From Antedon mediterranea (lineage: Eukaryota > Animalia > Echinodermata): 64,000 bases of DNA. Shown here piece after piece: positions 53,372-64,000 of the stretch. How positions within the stretch are numbered: the first letter of the stretch is position 1; the number at the start of each line of letters is the position of its first letter. Position numbers and translations under genes: made by a program. Under the pieces are notes generated by a model that was not told where the DNA came from, ran no database searches, and was given only the letters and a program-made list of their open reading frames with translations. Location of the stretch: contig NC_092672.1 in NCBI RefSeq assembly GCF_964355755.1, positions 31,440,437 through 31,504,436 of the forward strand, in the 5' to 3' direction.

Positions 53372-53472
53372 AGTGATATGCCTAAATATAGTAGTGATAT
53401 GACATCATCATGTCCATGGGCACATCACATATTATTATTGTCACATAAAGTTTGATAGTGTAAACAGAGCTT
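53372..53472. mobile_element. MITE family A partial copy
   Basis: agtgatatgacatcatcatgtccat...gtcacataaagtttgatagtgtaaacagagcttta. Confidence 0.8.
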
Positions 53473-53838
53473 TAGACTAAGACTAAATAAAAAAAAAACA
53501 AATTGAATATACTGTACATTTATATAAAAATGAACTTTTTAAGTAAAAGTGAAAATAATTTAATTTATCTAAAACATTTTTTTTTTATTAAAAAAGATAA
53601 CTTACTTGTTCTAATTGTATTGTTATTGTTACGCTTTTTTATGGGTGTATTAGTAACAGGAAGGACACCGTTTACTCTACACAGTAAAAATGTAAATAAA
53701 TTGGTTCACAAGGCTACGATATGAAATCTGATCTTTCGATCGAACAAAAAATAAAAATGCAGTAAAAATAGAAAATCCAAAACTATCATGTCGCATTTAG
53801 TATTATCTTAGAAAATCTAAAAATAAAAAGACACTTAC

Positions 53839-55722
53839 TTGGAACAATAAATGCAGGATTCATGGAATAAGCGTCCTTTTATATACGCACGTTCTCGTCC
53901 AACCGTAAATCCACACAGGCTACATATCCCACGTGCTGAACCACCACGCTGTCTCGGTTTTCGACTCACTTTGCGTGCTTTTTCTGATCCAGTACGTACA
54001 AGAAATCCTTCTTGCGAATCTCTGGTTTTATATGGGTCGCTCAAGGTACGCTTGTAGTATGGTTTGCGTTTTACAGGTGGGCCTAAACGTCTGCGATCGT
54101 CCTTCGACAAGGTTACGCGTAAAACCTCCTGGAAGGACGAACGTTTCTCGGTAGTGCCATTAAAATCTTCGCTTGTAACATTATCAAACCAAACTTCATC
54201 ACTCTCGCAACTTAAGTCAGAGAAGCGTACAGTAATATCTGAACTTAATGATTTCTTAAGTGCCATTTTCGTTACCGTTTGATCATCTTCATTAATATTT
54301 TTATAACTATCGTCCTTGCTTTTGTTATTATCATCCTTGTTCTTGCGACGTAAGGAAAACAAACGGCCAAAAACCGATGAAGCAGTGCTTGGACTTTTTG
54401 GCATTTTCTCGATGTTTACGCTTTTCTCCGGCGATTTTCCTGTAGGATTTTCCTGCATACTGTTAAATTTATTCATGTTACATTTATCTGTTGAGTATAA
54501 TTGCTGAGCAGCCGACAGGCTTCCGTTTTTCTCTAGAGATGTTGAGTCACACGCTTCAACCCTGATATCGTGATGATCTAATCTTACAGCTTGTGGTGTA
54601 TCTGGCTTTCCTGTACCAGCTGATGTCAGAGTTTCAGTTGGCTTTTCATTAGCCTTTGAATCCTGATTGGATCCTAAATTTATTCTCGCGAATGGCACAT
54701 GATCTGATTCTGTGATCTCAATCGCTTTAGTTTCATCATTATCCAAAACTTGATTGACCTCATGCAAATATATGTTCTCTTCGGAATTCTTGGATCCGGG
54801 GTTTCCTTGTAACACGACAGGAGCAGTCAACACAACAGGAGCGGTCAAACTATAATCTGGCTCAGAATCAAAATCCTGTGGAACAAAGAAACAATGATCT
54901 AAGCTACAGTGACGTGTGGGTTGAAATTTTTCTTTCGCTTGCCAAAAACGCTGTGATCTTCCATCGTTCATACTGGTTGAACGCTGATGTTCTTCTCTTG
55001 GGATTTGACTGTAAGTTAAATTATTATCAAAAACAGAATCTTCTGACAAAACTTGTTGCAAAATGTTTTCACTCGGACCGCAAATGTCAAGATGAAGTTC
55101 CTTGCGATTAGCTCCTTTTTGCCGCCTTTTACGCAAATTCTCGTTTGCATTGCTTGCTTGAGCAGAGCTTCCAGTAAAAATTTGTTTTGTATTGTTTAAA
55201 AATTCATCAGATTCCGGTTTAGTGGTCGAATGTTCATTATCATCTCCTGATGAACTAGACCGTGAGCTTATTGTTCTTGGACGTAGAAAATTCATAGAAT
55301 TGCTACCTGCGTCCCATCCCATTTCACTTGTTTGATACGAATATCTTTTTGGAATAAATGGTGATTCCCTTCGAGAAAAAGTTCTATTCTTTGACGATTC
55401 TGTCAAACATTTAGCAAACATCTGACCGTTGACAGCCTCATCGAATGACATAACACGCTTCGTCCCGCTGTCCGACATCGAACGGCCAAATCCTGAGATG
55501 GGTAGAGATTGATTTGAACCCGAATTCCAGAAGTGATCTTGTGGTGTTCTAACCATCGGACCATTTCCGCAACTGTCGGATACTGACCTTCGAAGAATTT
55601 CAGGTGGCGCCCTTGCATACATTCTTCTTGGTCCTAAATATTGAGTTTTTCTAACTTCCATATTGCGTGTCGGGTCAGAGGTTATCAAATTACTCTGCAT
55701 GGAATCGTTAAATTTCAGAAAC
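53839..55722 (-). CDS. Large coding exon (628 codons, phase 2-2) of a LIM-domain protein: ~590-aa disordered Ser/Arg-rich region followed by the start of a LIM domain
   Basis: Contains the 621-aa ORF, by far the longest, with higher GC than its flanks. Acceptor tttgttattgttttcag|G at 55723/55722 is in frame (G TTT CTG AAA TTT AAC GAT TCC ATG). Donor TCC AA|gtaagt is at 53839/53838. The C-terminus CSLC-x16-H-x2-C-x2-C matches the LIM consensus C-x2-C-x16-23-H-x2-C-x2-C-x2-C. Whether ATG 55700 is the start or an upstream exon exists cannot be decided. Confidence 0.9.
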
Positions 55723-56869
55723 CTGAAAACAATAACAAATGGTTATTAAAAAATATTGCTTTTTACTTTTACCTTATTAAGGGAAAACCCTAAAGGAACA
55801 CTTTCTTTAGTCCCTGAGGTGTAAATATAAATACTGAAATTTGTAAATAAATGTGGTTTATGTGACTAATTTCCATTAAATTTATTCATGATGTTACCAA
55901 TAAATGTATTTTTGAGTAGGTAAGTATTCTTATATGTATGATTTAATGTGGTGTGATTTTTTAAGTAAAAATGTCTGACCTGTCTAGAAAAAAGTATGTT
56001 CTTTTAAAATTATATGTACAAACAAATAAACTGTTGCACACTGTTTGGAATAAGCAACAATTACATCATAAAAAGTGTGTTTTTATAGACAAAAAAAGAT
56101 ACTTATAAATAAAACGTCATCTTAAGTTAAAGAAAAAGCATAGCCAATTTAATCCACTCCTACCCTGTCACAAGACCAAAGGTGAAACATATATATTTAG
56201 TAGATCATCACCTTAATGCATAATTACAAAATTACAATATGCAAATAATATGTGATTCATAGACAACAAACAAATCATTGACCTTTAACCTGTAATCAGG
56301 TAAAAGTGCAATTCTAATCTATATTTTTAATATTGCATCGTAATATTCTTGCATACATATGCAAAACCCTTTTAAAAGGCACAGCCATATGAACAGATAC
56401 GTGGCCATTTTAAGGAGTCCCTGCCCTAGTGATATTTAGTTACCAGCAGCAGTTAGGGCAGCTTAAATTCTAGTTCATTTGCTAGCTGCTGTTAATTGTA
56501 TACCTATTATATGGAAAAACACAGAAACCAACCATCTTATTATAACAATGAATTCCCACAAATTCAAGCTATGGGGAAATTTCCCTTTGACGCTTTTCCA
56601 ATCTTATTGTTTATTGTTTATTCCATTCATGGAAAGAAATAGACATAAGAAAATGTTATTATCTCTAATTGAAAGAAATTACAAGAGCTTGCAGTCCAGC
56701 ATAGATAAAAGATGAGAAAAAGAAATACAGAGGATAATTATAGCCAAGTGCGGGAAATGTTGTTTGCATGGTGCAGGGGCAAGTGCTTAGGTCACAAACT
56801 TTGACAACTAAAATGATTTTATTAACTACTTTTATGTATATATTTTCGACAGATTATTAATATTACAGT

Positions 56870-57755
56870 ATATTTACATAGCCTATGTAAATACGCAAAC
56901 GTGATTGGTTGAAACTGCATCACATGACTACCGCTGCGAGGATCGTAAATCGTATATATCCTCGAGAACGATGATATTGACTGAGTATTTTTCGCGTAAT
57001 TATCATGTCCCCTGTCATTAATCATATAAATTCTCGAGTACGGGGTCTTGAACTTGCGATGAAATTGTCACTCCATCACAAGACAACGCTTCATGCGCTG
57101 CGCCACGGAACTTGCTTGAAGAACTTAATCATCTAAACTATTTAAACTATGCATACATAGCACCCTCATTTATTTTTAGTCCTCCCTAGATGTGATGAAA
57201 CACCGTTTGTGATTGGTTAATACTCACAGTAGTAACTGGTACGCGCGCGACGCACTGAACATCCGGTGATTCGGCTACTCAAAGTATGAAGACAAATTAT
57301 TATTTATTCGGCCTAGGCCTACCTGATATTATTATTAATGTAGGCTTATTGATGGAAATTCTTCTGTTATTATTTAAACGACCTAGGCTATTGAATATTT
57401 CATTGCCAAGGAATCATTAATTACCATAGTAATTATCTGTATATTATTCTTCGAAAGGTAAGGTGTCTGGGCATCTTGTTTACATACATACCATACAATA
57501 CAAAAAGGAGGCCTGGCCTAGCCTAGCTACCCGACCCAGTAGATATTCTACTTGTTGTTGGCTATGTAATATAACAGATATCGCCTTTTATATCGGTAAA
57601 ATATAAGATTAGACATCTCCTCGGGAATAATATTAAGTTCGTGGGAATTATATATTTCCCTCAGCTTCGGGAAATATATATTCCCTCGAACATATCATTC
57701 CCTCGGGGATGTTAAATCTTATATTTAACCTCTCAGCAGTCAATATCTGTATAAT
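56870..57755 (+). mobile_element. ~0.9-kb non-autonomous element with 5' palindrome and long 3' hairpin (Crypton-like), copy 1
   Basis: Starts atttacatagcctatgtaaat (palindromic) + gtgattggtt. Ends in a ~180-bp imperfect foldback (57574-57750). No TIR or TSD. Close copy at 58375-59327. Confidence 0.8.
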
Positions 57756-57774
57756 ATTAGCCCTGTGGGAATAT

Positions 57775-57985
57775 ACAATATCTATCAAACTTTATGTGAC
57801 AAAAAAATGTGCCCATGGACATGATGATGACGTCATCACTACTACATTTGGGCTCATCACTACTTTATTTGAGCATATCACTACTATATTTGGGTATATC
57901 ACTACAATATTTGGGCATATCACTACAATATTTGGGCCCATCACATTTTTTGTGTCAAACTAGTTTGATAGTGCAGACAGGGCTT
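57775..57985. mobile_element. MITE family A copy with 5 diverged internal 21-mers
   Basis: ctatcaaactttatgtgacaaaaaaatgtg...(atcactacWatatttgggc) x5...gtttgatagtgcagacagggctt. Confidence 0.85.
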
Positions 57986-58374
57986 TTACAAATATTAAAT
58001 TGTTTAGGCATGCTACTAAATATATCCTACACATATAAATTGGAAACGCAATACAATAACACTTTATTATTAACTAATGGTCTAGGGAACTGACGCCCTG
58101 TTTTGTAATGATTACTGCTGTTTACGATAACTTTAATTTATTATTTTCAATAATTTGTGATTTGACAAAAGCAAGAGAATTGTTATTCCGTATTCTACAT
58201 ACGATAAAACAATTTCATACTTTGTTTGCCGTAGTGTTAAGCCTATGGGAAAATGTTGCTAATTTGGTTTGAGGTTTAGGAAATAATATCAATGCTTTGA
58301 TAAATAATTATTTGAAAGTACCCAGACCTACTTAAAAAATTAACTTATTATTTTTCCTTAAGGAACATAAACGA

Positions 58375-59327
58375 TTATATTACATAGCCTATGTAAATAC
58401 GTGAACGTGATTGGTTGAAACTGCATCACATGACTACCGCTGCGAGGATCGTAAATCGTATATATCTTCGAGAACGATGATATTGACTGTGTAATTTTCG
58501 CGTATTTTTCGTGTCCCCTGTCATTAAACATATAAATTCTCGAGTTCGATGATATTGACTGTGTAATTTTCGTGTGGCAACACTCGCGTTTGCTGATAAA
58601 TAAACAAAAGTCATCTACTGGATCTTGAATTTGGGTGGAATTGTCACTCCATCGCAAGACAACGCTTCAACCGCTGCGCCACTGAACTTGCTTGAAGAAA
58701 TTAATCTTCTAAACTATTTAAGCTATGCATACATAGCGCCCTCATTTGTTATTAGTCCACCCTAAATGTGATGAAACACCGTTTGTGATTGGTCAATACT
58801 CACGGTGTAGTAACCTAGTAACTAGTACGCGCTGAACATCCGGTGATTCGGCTCCTCGAAGAGAAGTTAAGAAGACGAATTATTTATTCGGCCTACCTGA
58901 TTATATTATTATTATTAATAGGCTTATTGATGGAAATTCTTCTGTTAATTTAAACGACCTAGGCCTAAGTGAATATTTTATTGCCAAGGAATCATTAATT
59001 AGTAATTATCTCTATATTATTCTTCGCAAGGTAAGGTGTCTAGGCAGGCTTGTTTAAATACAATACAAATATAGGAGGCCTAGCCTAGCCTAGCTTCACC
59101 CAACCCAGCAGACTTGTTCTTGGCTATATAATATAACAGATATTGCCTTTTATATCGGTTAAATATAAGATTTGACATCCCCTCAGGAATGATATTAAGT
59201 TCTCGGGGAATATATATTTCCCTCAGCTGGCGCTTCGGGAAATATATATTCCCTCGAACTTAATATCATTCCCTCGGGGATGTCAAATCTTATATTTAAC
59301 CTCTAAGCAGTCAATATCTGTATAATA
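58375..59327 (+). mobile_element. Crypton-like element, copy 2
   Basis: Co-linear with 56870-57755 and carries an extra ~70-bp segment beginning with a repeat of cgatgatattgactgtgtaattttcg. Foldback at ~59134-59322. Confidence 0.8.
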
Positions 59328-59377
59328 TGATCTGTCAATATCGAAATACTAAATCCATTGCACACTTAGAGTGTGGA

Positions 59378-59403
59378 AGGGCGGGGGGGGGGGGGGGGGG
59401 AGG
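59378..59403 (+). repeat. Poly-G tract (G-quadruplex-capable on +)
   Basis: gggc followed by an 18-G run in very AT-rich surroundings. Confidence 0.85.
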
Positions 59404-59444
59404 ACGTAATGTACCGGTACCACTTAAAGATGTTAATAGACAAC

Positions 59445-60265
59445 TTCCAAATTTGTAATCAACTATTTTTGTAATTTGTAATCAACTATTTGTTGGAAGT
59501 ATTCTATGCAAGAATTTATGTATTGTTCCCTCCAAAACATGAAAAATGACAAATAATAAAATCTGATTTTGAATAGGCCATTTTGTATTTTTAATCAAGT
59601 TATTCCCTGGTTTTCTTATAAAAAGACAAAATAAACTGTTAAATTCAGCCAAAAACCCATTGAAAAAAAAAAATTCAGGATTACAATATTTCTTTAATCA
59701 TGAGAACAGATAAAGATAAAACCATACATGATATAAAAGATATCAAATGTTGAAGCTGATCTAACAGACTTGCAAAGAAAGTTTCAAAATAGGAGAAAAT
59801 TCAGAAGCAGTTTAAGTCTACAATAAATAGAAATTACTCATAAAGCAGTAACAGACTGAATGCTTGGCTGGATATTAAATTATGCTATATAATTCAGGGG
59901 AATTATCTCTTAACTGGATTTATAAAATTTATTAATTCATTTATAATTCAATATGTATTACAGTCTAATTTGCTCAGAAATGGAAAATATTATTTATTAA
60001 TTTTTAAGGTAACATCAAAGAAATGAATGCAGAGTCTCTCAATTTCCAAATTTGTAATCAACTATTTTTGTAATTTGTAATCAACTATTTGTTGGAAGTA
60101 TTCTATGCAAGAATTTATGTATTGTTCCCCCCCAAAACATGAAAAATAATAAAATCTGACTTTGAATAGGCCATTTTGTATTTTTAATCAAGTTATTCCC
60201 TGGTTTTCTTATAAAAGACAAAATAAACTGTTAAATTCAGCCACAAACCTATTGGAAAAAAAAAA
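59445..60265 (+). repeat. Local ~225-bp duplication (59445-59672 vs 60044-60265)
   Basis: Near-identical ttccaaatttgtaatcaactatttttg...gttaaattcagcca blocks ~600 bp apart. Each includes flank plus part of a Kolobok-like MITE. Confidence 0.92.
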
Positions 60266-60281
60266 AGAAAACATTAAACCT

Positions 60282-60442
60282 AAAGCTCTGTCTACAATAT
60301 CAAACTAGTTTTACATTTGACATGTGATGTGTCCAAATATGGTAGTGATATGCTTAAATATGGTAGTGATATGACATCATCATGTCCAAATATGGGCACA
60401 TCACTTTTTTTTGTCACATATTGTTTGATAGTGTGGACAGAG
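60282..60442. mobile_element. MITE family A copy
   Basis: aaagctctgtctacaatatcaaac...gtttgatagtgtggacagag. Confidence 0.85.
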
Positions 60443-60899
60443 ATTAAGATAATGTTACCAATGTGCCTAAACAAATACATAAAAAAAATCCTTATTAACA
60501 TGTAGATTTGTAGAAGATCGCATAGCTATCTTGTCGTAATGATCGCAACTTGGAAATCACAGCTTCAATGCTTGTAAATCAGAAACGAATCAAATCTGAA
60601 ATGCCAAGTCCATACGAGTTTCATCTACTTAATATCACAAACACAGGTATACTGTAATTTGGGTACAGGCTCTTTGTTATTACAGTACATCTATTCGAAA
60701 AAAAAAATGTTGAAAGAAAAATAACTGTATATTACACTGTATACATAATTGGATGAATACAATCTACCTCAAAATTTATCCCAAAATGTTCAAATTTATT
60801 ATTAACATCCTAAAAACTGTTTGTTACCAAACAATGGTATTCAATTCATCAATAATTTGTTAGTAAAATAATTAAAAAAAGGAGATAAGTTAAGATGGA

Positions 60900-61056
60900 G
60901 AGATGAAATCACCAAACACACCCCCCTGGACAAGAATGGCATGACAGAAGAAAACTGAAATTGCAGGAGGGCTTAATCCAATAATGGATGAACCACCTGA
61001 GGATGATGAATATAATGATGATTATGACGGTGAAGATTAAGATGATGATGATGATG
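60900..61056 (+). repeat. Copy 3 of the coding-like dispersed repeat, with degenerate GAT tail
   Basis: gaaatcaccaaa...agaatggca..cagaagaaaactgaaattgcaggagggcttaatccaataatggatga followed by GAT-rich sequence. Confidence 0.7.
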
Positions 61057-62032
61057 TAAAACATTATAGATTTTTAAACAAAAATAAACATCTTTTTATA
61101 AAATGAATCTGAATCTTGGAAAAATAACTTATTCGAAAGGAGTACCATACTTACAGTACATGACCCTTGGAAAAATATTTGTCAACATAGAAGTAGTTTA
61201 GACATGAATGAAAGTTGGATAAATCCCCTATGACATTACTACAGTGAATCATGACTAAATAGAACATTGAATAGTGAAATTCCACCTGATAATGTGTGTC
61301 AATAAATACAGAAAATAGAACATTGAAAGTACAATAGATTTGTACAACCTCCAGCCAGATGGTAAAAGCATCAAAATATAGGTAGGGTCATTGCAAAGGA
61401 TTTTTACAGAATGTCTTTTCCAATTGTTTTTCTTTATTTAGGAATCAGGATCAGGCAAGGGAAACACTTCATTGTGAGAAGTTAGATATAGGTTAAATTC
61501 TTTGAGGTAACAATTAATAGCCTGAGGGTATTCTTGTTTAAATGAGAGTTTTATAAAGTTTGCAATTTAGTCAATGTACAGAACAATTTAACAACGAGAA
61601 CAGATTTATACAATAGAATTGTTATCATAGGTTATATTGAACTATCATAGGTTATATTTAACTATCATAGGTTATATTTAACTAAATAGACTATTAAACT
61701 GTTTATTTAAAAAGGCTATACTTAGTATATAACGACAAAACAACTAATTTAAAAAAAAAAAGACATTGTTATCGTGGTAGGTTTGTATACAATGGATTTG
61801 TTTCATTCTCAATTGGTTCAAAATAAGTGAGTGGCTTAAAAGTTGTTCAACTGTAATATTAGCACCTCTAGGCTATTGAAAATTACTTTTAAAATTAATA
61901 TACAGATCCAGTTGTAATCCCACTATGGGATATATAGGCTCATACTCAAACAGTAATCTTTACACATTATGTATGAATTAAATGCACTGGAATGAAGTTT
62001 CCAAAAAAAATTCAGAAACTAAACCGATTTAT

Positions 62033-62132
62033 GGAGGAAAGAGAGGGAGGTGAGAGAGAAAGGGAGGAGGAGAGGGTGAGAGAGGGAGGAGGAAGATGAG
62101 AGAGGGAGGAGGAAGGAAGGAGGGGAGAGAGG
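62033..62132 (+). repeat. Polypurine (GA-rich) tract
   Basis: ~100 nt almost exclusively G/A. Explains the spurious ORF 62019-62219. Confidence 0.9.
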
Positions 62133-62133
62133 T

Positions 62134-62469
62134 CCACATTTTTTAGTTAAATAAAATAAGAGAAAAAAAATGACTAGACTAGGTCCTACCACGCGAGTTT
62201 GACTGCGAGTTGACTGCAATTATCCCAGTGCAGCAGAGTTCATTTTTGGGGTCAAATTGAGACGCGATTGTTTTGCAGCTAAAAATTGCTCCATGGAAAC
62301 CAGTTTCAGATTGGTTCTTTGCGATCGAGACCGGAATTAATTGGGGTTTTTTAAACCGTTTTTAAAATCGGTCCTTTTTTGTGGAGACCCATTTTTGCTG
62401 GCAACAAAAAAACATTCTGTAAAAGAATAGTATTCAAAACCCTATTTTCTGGTCAATAGAAACAGGCCC
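62134..62469. mobile_element. Partial (right-half) copy of the 36355-37210 Harbinger-like element
   Basis: Aligns to 36845-37210 (cgcgagtttgactgcgagttgac...tttttggggtcaaattgagac...atagaaacaggccc). Confidence 0.88.
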
Positions 62470-63587
62470 TATGATATTGAAAAGGTTTATCATGATAACA
62501 CTAGCATTGAAAATACATGACGACGACACCAGTATGATGGTATTTTATCTATTTATTCTAGCTCATTTCTTTCCACAACTGCTATTCAATTCATTAAATC
62601 TAATTTAATTTTGCACATTAAATAGTCATTTAAATCCAATTACTAATATGAATAATCTATTACTTTAAAATTTCCTCTTAAAACATCAGTACTGATATAA
62701 TTATGCAATATACGTACTGCATACAAATAGAATCAAAAGGAAATAGCAATTAAAAAAAACCTAATGATCAATTTACAATGGAAAAACCCATTTTACTCAT
62801 TACCTCAAATAAAAACAGGAATTAAAAAAAAAAAACAAAAAAAAAACTATTGATCAAATTATAATGGTAAAATATATTTTTAAAAACTGTAAAAAATTTT
62901 AATCATTACCTCCACCATTTTACTCATTACAAACTCACATTCACAAGGTTGTAGTGAAAGTAGCATATCACACTCAGCACTATAGTCACACACATTTTTT
63001 TTTAATGTCGTGGGAAATCTTATGTATGGGAATTATACTAATAGGCACTTTACTGTATATAGTTAATATTATATCCATTTTAACAACATATAAAAAACTA
63101 ACACTGTTTTACCTATTTAGGTTTTCCTAGTATCTGGTTTTGTTTTGATTTTGTGTTTCATTTTCTAATTATTTTATTATTATATAACTCTAATCAAGCA
63201 GAGGAGTCGAGCAGTTTAGTGAAGCACTGCAAACCTTAGCCATCAGCACTCATGGACCAATGCTCAAACATAATGCTAGAACAAGTCTTCTCGGATAAGG
63301 ACTTTGGCGTTTTTATGTTAATAAGTTTTTTCGAAAATCACAAAATGGTCTAAAACGTCTCCAAATGCGGGGTATTTATTTCATTCATTCATTTTACTTT
63401 TATTTCTGAAACAGATGTCCATAGTTACAAAATCAATTGCATAAATAAGTTTAAATAATAAAGATAGACACAAAAAAAACTGGTATCAGATCATCTCAGG
63501 ATCCTGGATGATTCAAATGATGATACCAAATACATTCTATCGTTTCATTTTTGCTAGCAGACATTCTCTGTAATAATAACAAAAATT

Positions 63588-63900
63588 ATATAACACCTAT
63601 ATAAATTCCTGTCATTTGATTGGACGAATGTGGGTCACATGGCGTGCAATAGTACGCACTATTCAACGATCGTTAAATAGTACTTTTTGAAACATTTTTG
63701 TGTACGAAAAAAAAACGTCTAGATGTTATATAAAACAAATAATGAATGTTTTGTATTCGTGTAATGGTACAAATAATGGCACTTGGTGAATGATGAAAGG
63801 TTATATCAACTCGGCTTTGCCTCGTTGATATAACCTTTCATCATTCACCTCGTGCCATTATTTGTACCATTGCACTCATAAACATTCATTATTTGTATAC
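63588..63900 (+). mobile_element. ~310-bp non-autonomous element with long 3' hairpin (second Crypton-like family)
   Basis: 5' tgattgg/gtcacatgg block, then a foldback acaaataatgaatgttt...ggtgaatgatgaaaggttatatcaac-tcggctttgcctc-gttgatataacctttcatcattcacc...aaacattcattatttgt (63735-63896). Confidence 0.75.
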
Positions 63901-64000
63901 TATAAAACATACCTTTAACAAGTATAAATCCAATATGACTTCACAACTTAAAATAAGATATTATAATATGTTCCAACACCTCTTCTCCACACAAAGAATA

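Noticed and set aside
53851-55618. Short ORFs overlapping the large exon
   Set aside because: Antisense or alternate-frame shadows of the real CDS.
53839-55722. Assigning a gene symbol (e.g. RASSF-type, MICAL-like, LMO7, PDLIM, LIMK)
   Set aside because: Only a partial LIM domain is visible and no other diagnostic domain is in the window, so orthology cannot be supported without a search.

Overview
This is AT-rich (roughly 30% GC by eye) animal genomic DNA. The spliceosomal introns and transposon families suggest a marine invertebrate, possibly an echinoderm (inference only). Almost the whole window appears to lie inside one large minus-strand gene. Three coding exons are supportable. (1) A 1,884-nt exon (55722->53839) encodes a long disordered Ser/Arg-rich region ending in the first part of a LIM domain. 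(2) A 39-nt exon (17085->17047), missed by the ORF track, continues that LIM domain in frame across a ~36.8-kb intron. (3) An acidic exon (3092->2578) looks like an alternative first exon, with promoter-like motifs and uORFs upstream. All three donors are phase 2. The rest is intron packed with non-autonomous transposons: AcademH-like, piggyBac-, Kolobok-, Tc1/pogo-, Harbinger-, Helitron- and Crypton-like elements, LINE/SINE tails, and a Penelope-like fragment carrying a minimal hammerhead ribozyme on the host sense strand. Mini- and microsatellites are also present. I found no CRISPR array, rRNA, intact tRNA or autonomous transposon. I cannot honestly claim a new biological system. The best leads are the split LIM gene and its isoform logic, the intronic hammerhead, and several structurally unusual repeats. 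All superfamily assignments come from terminal structure only; no database search was run.
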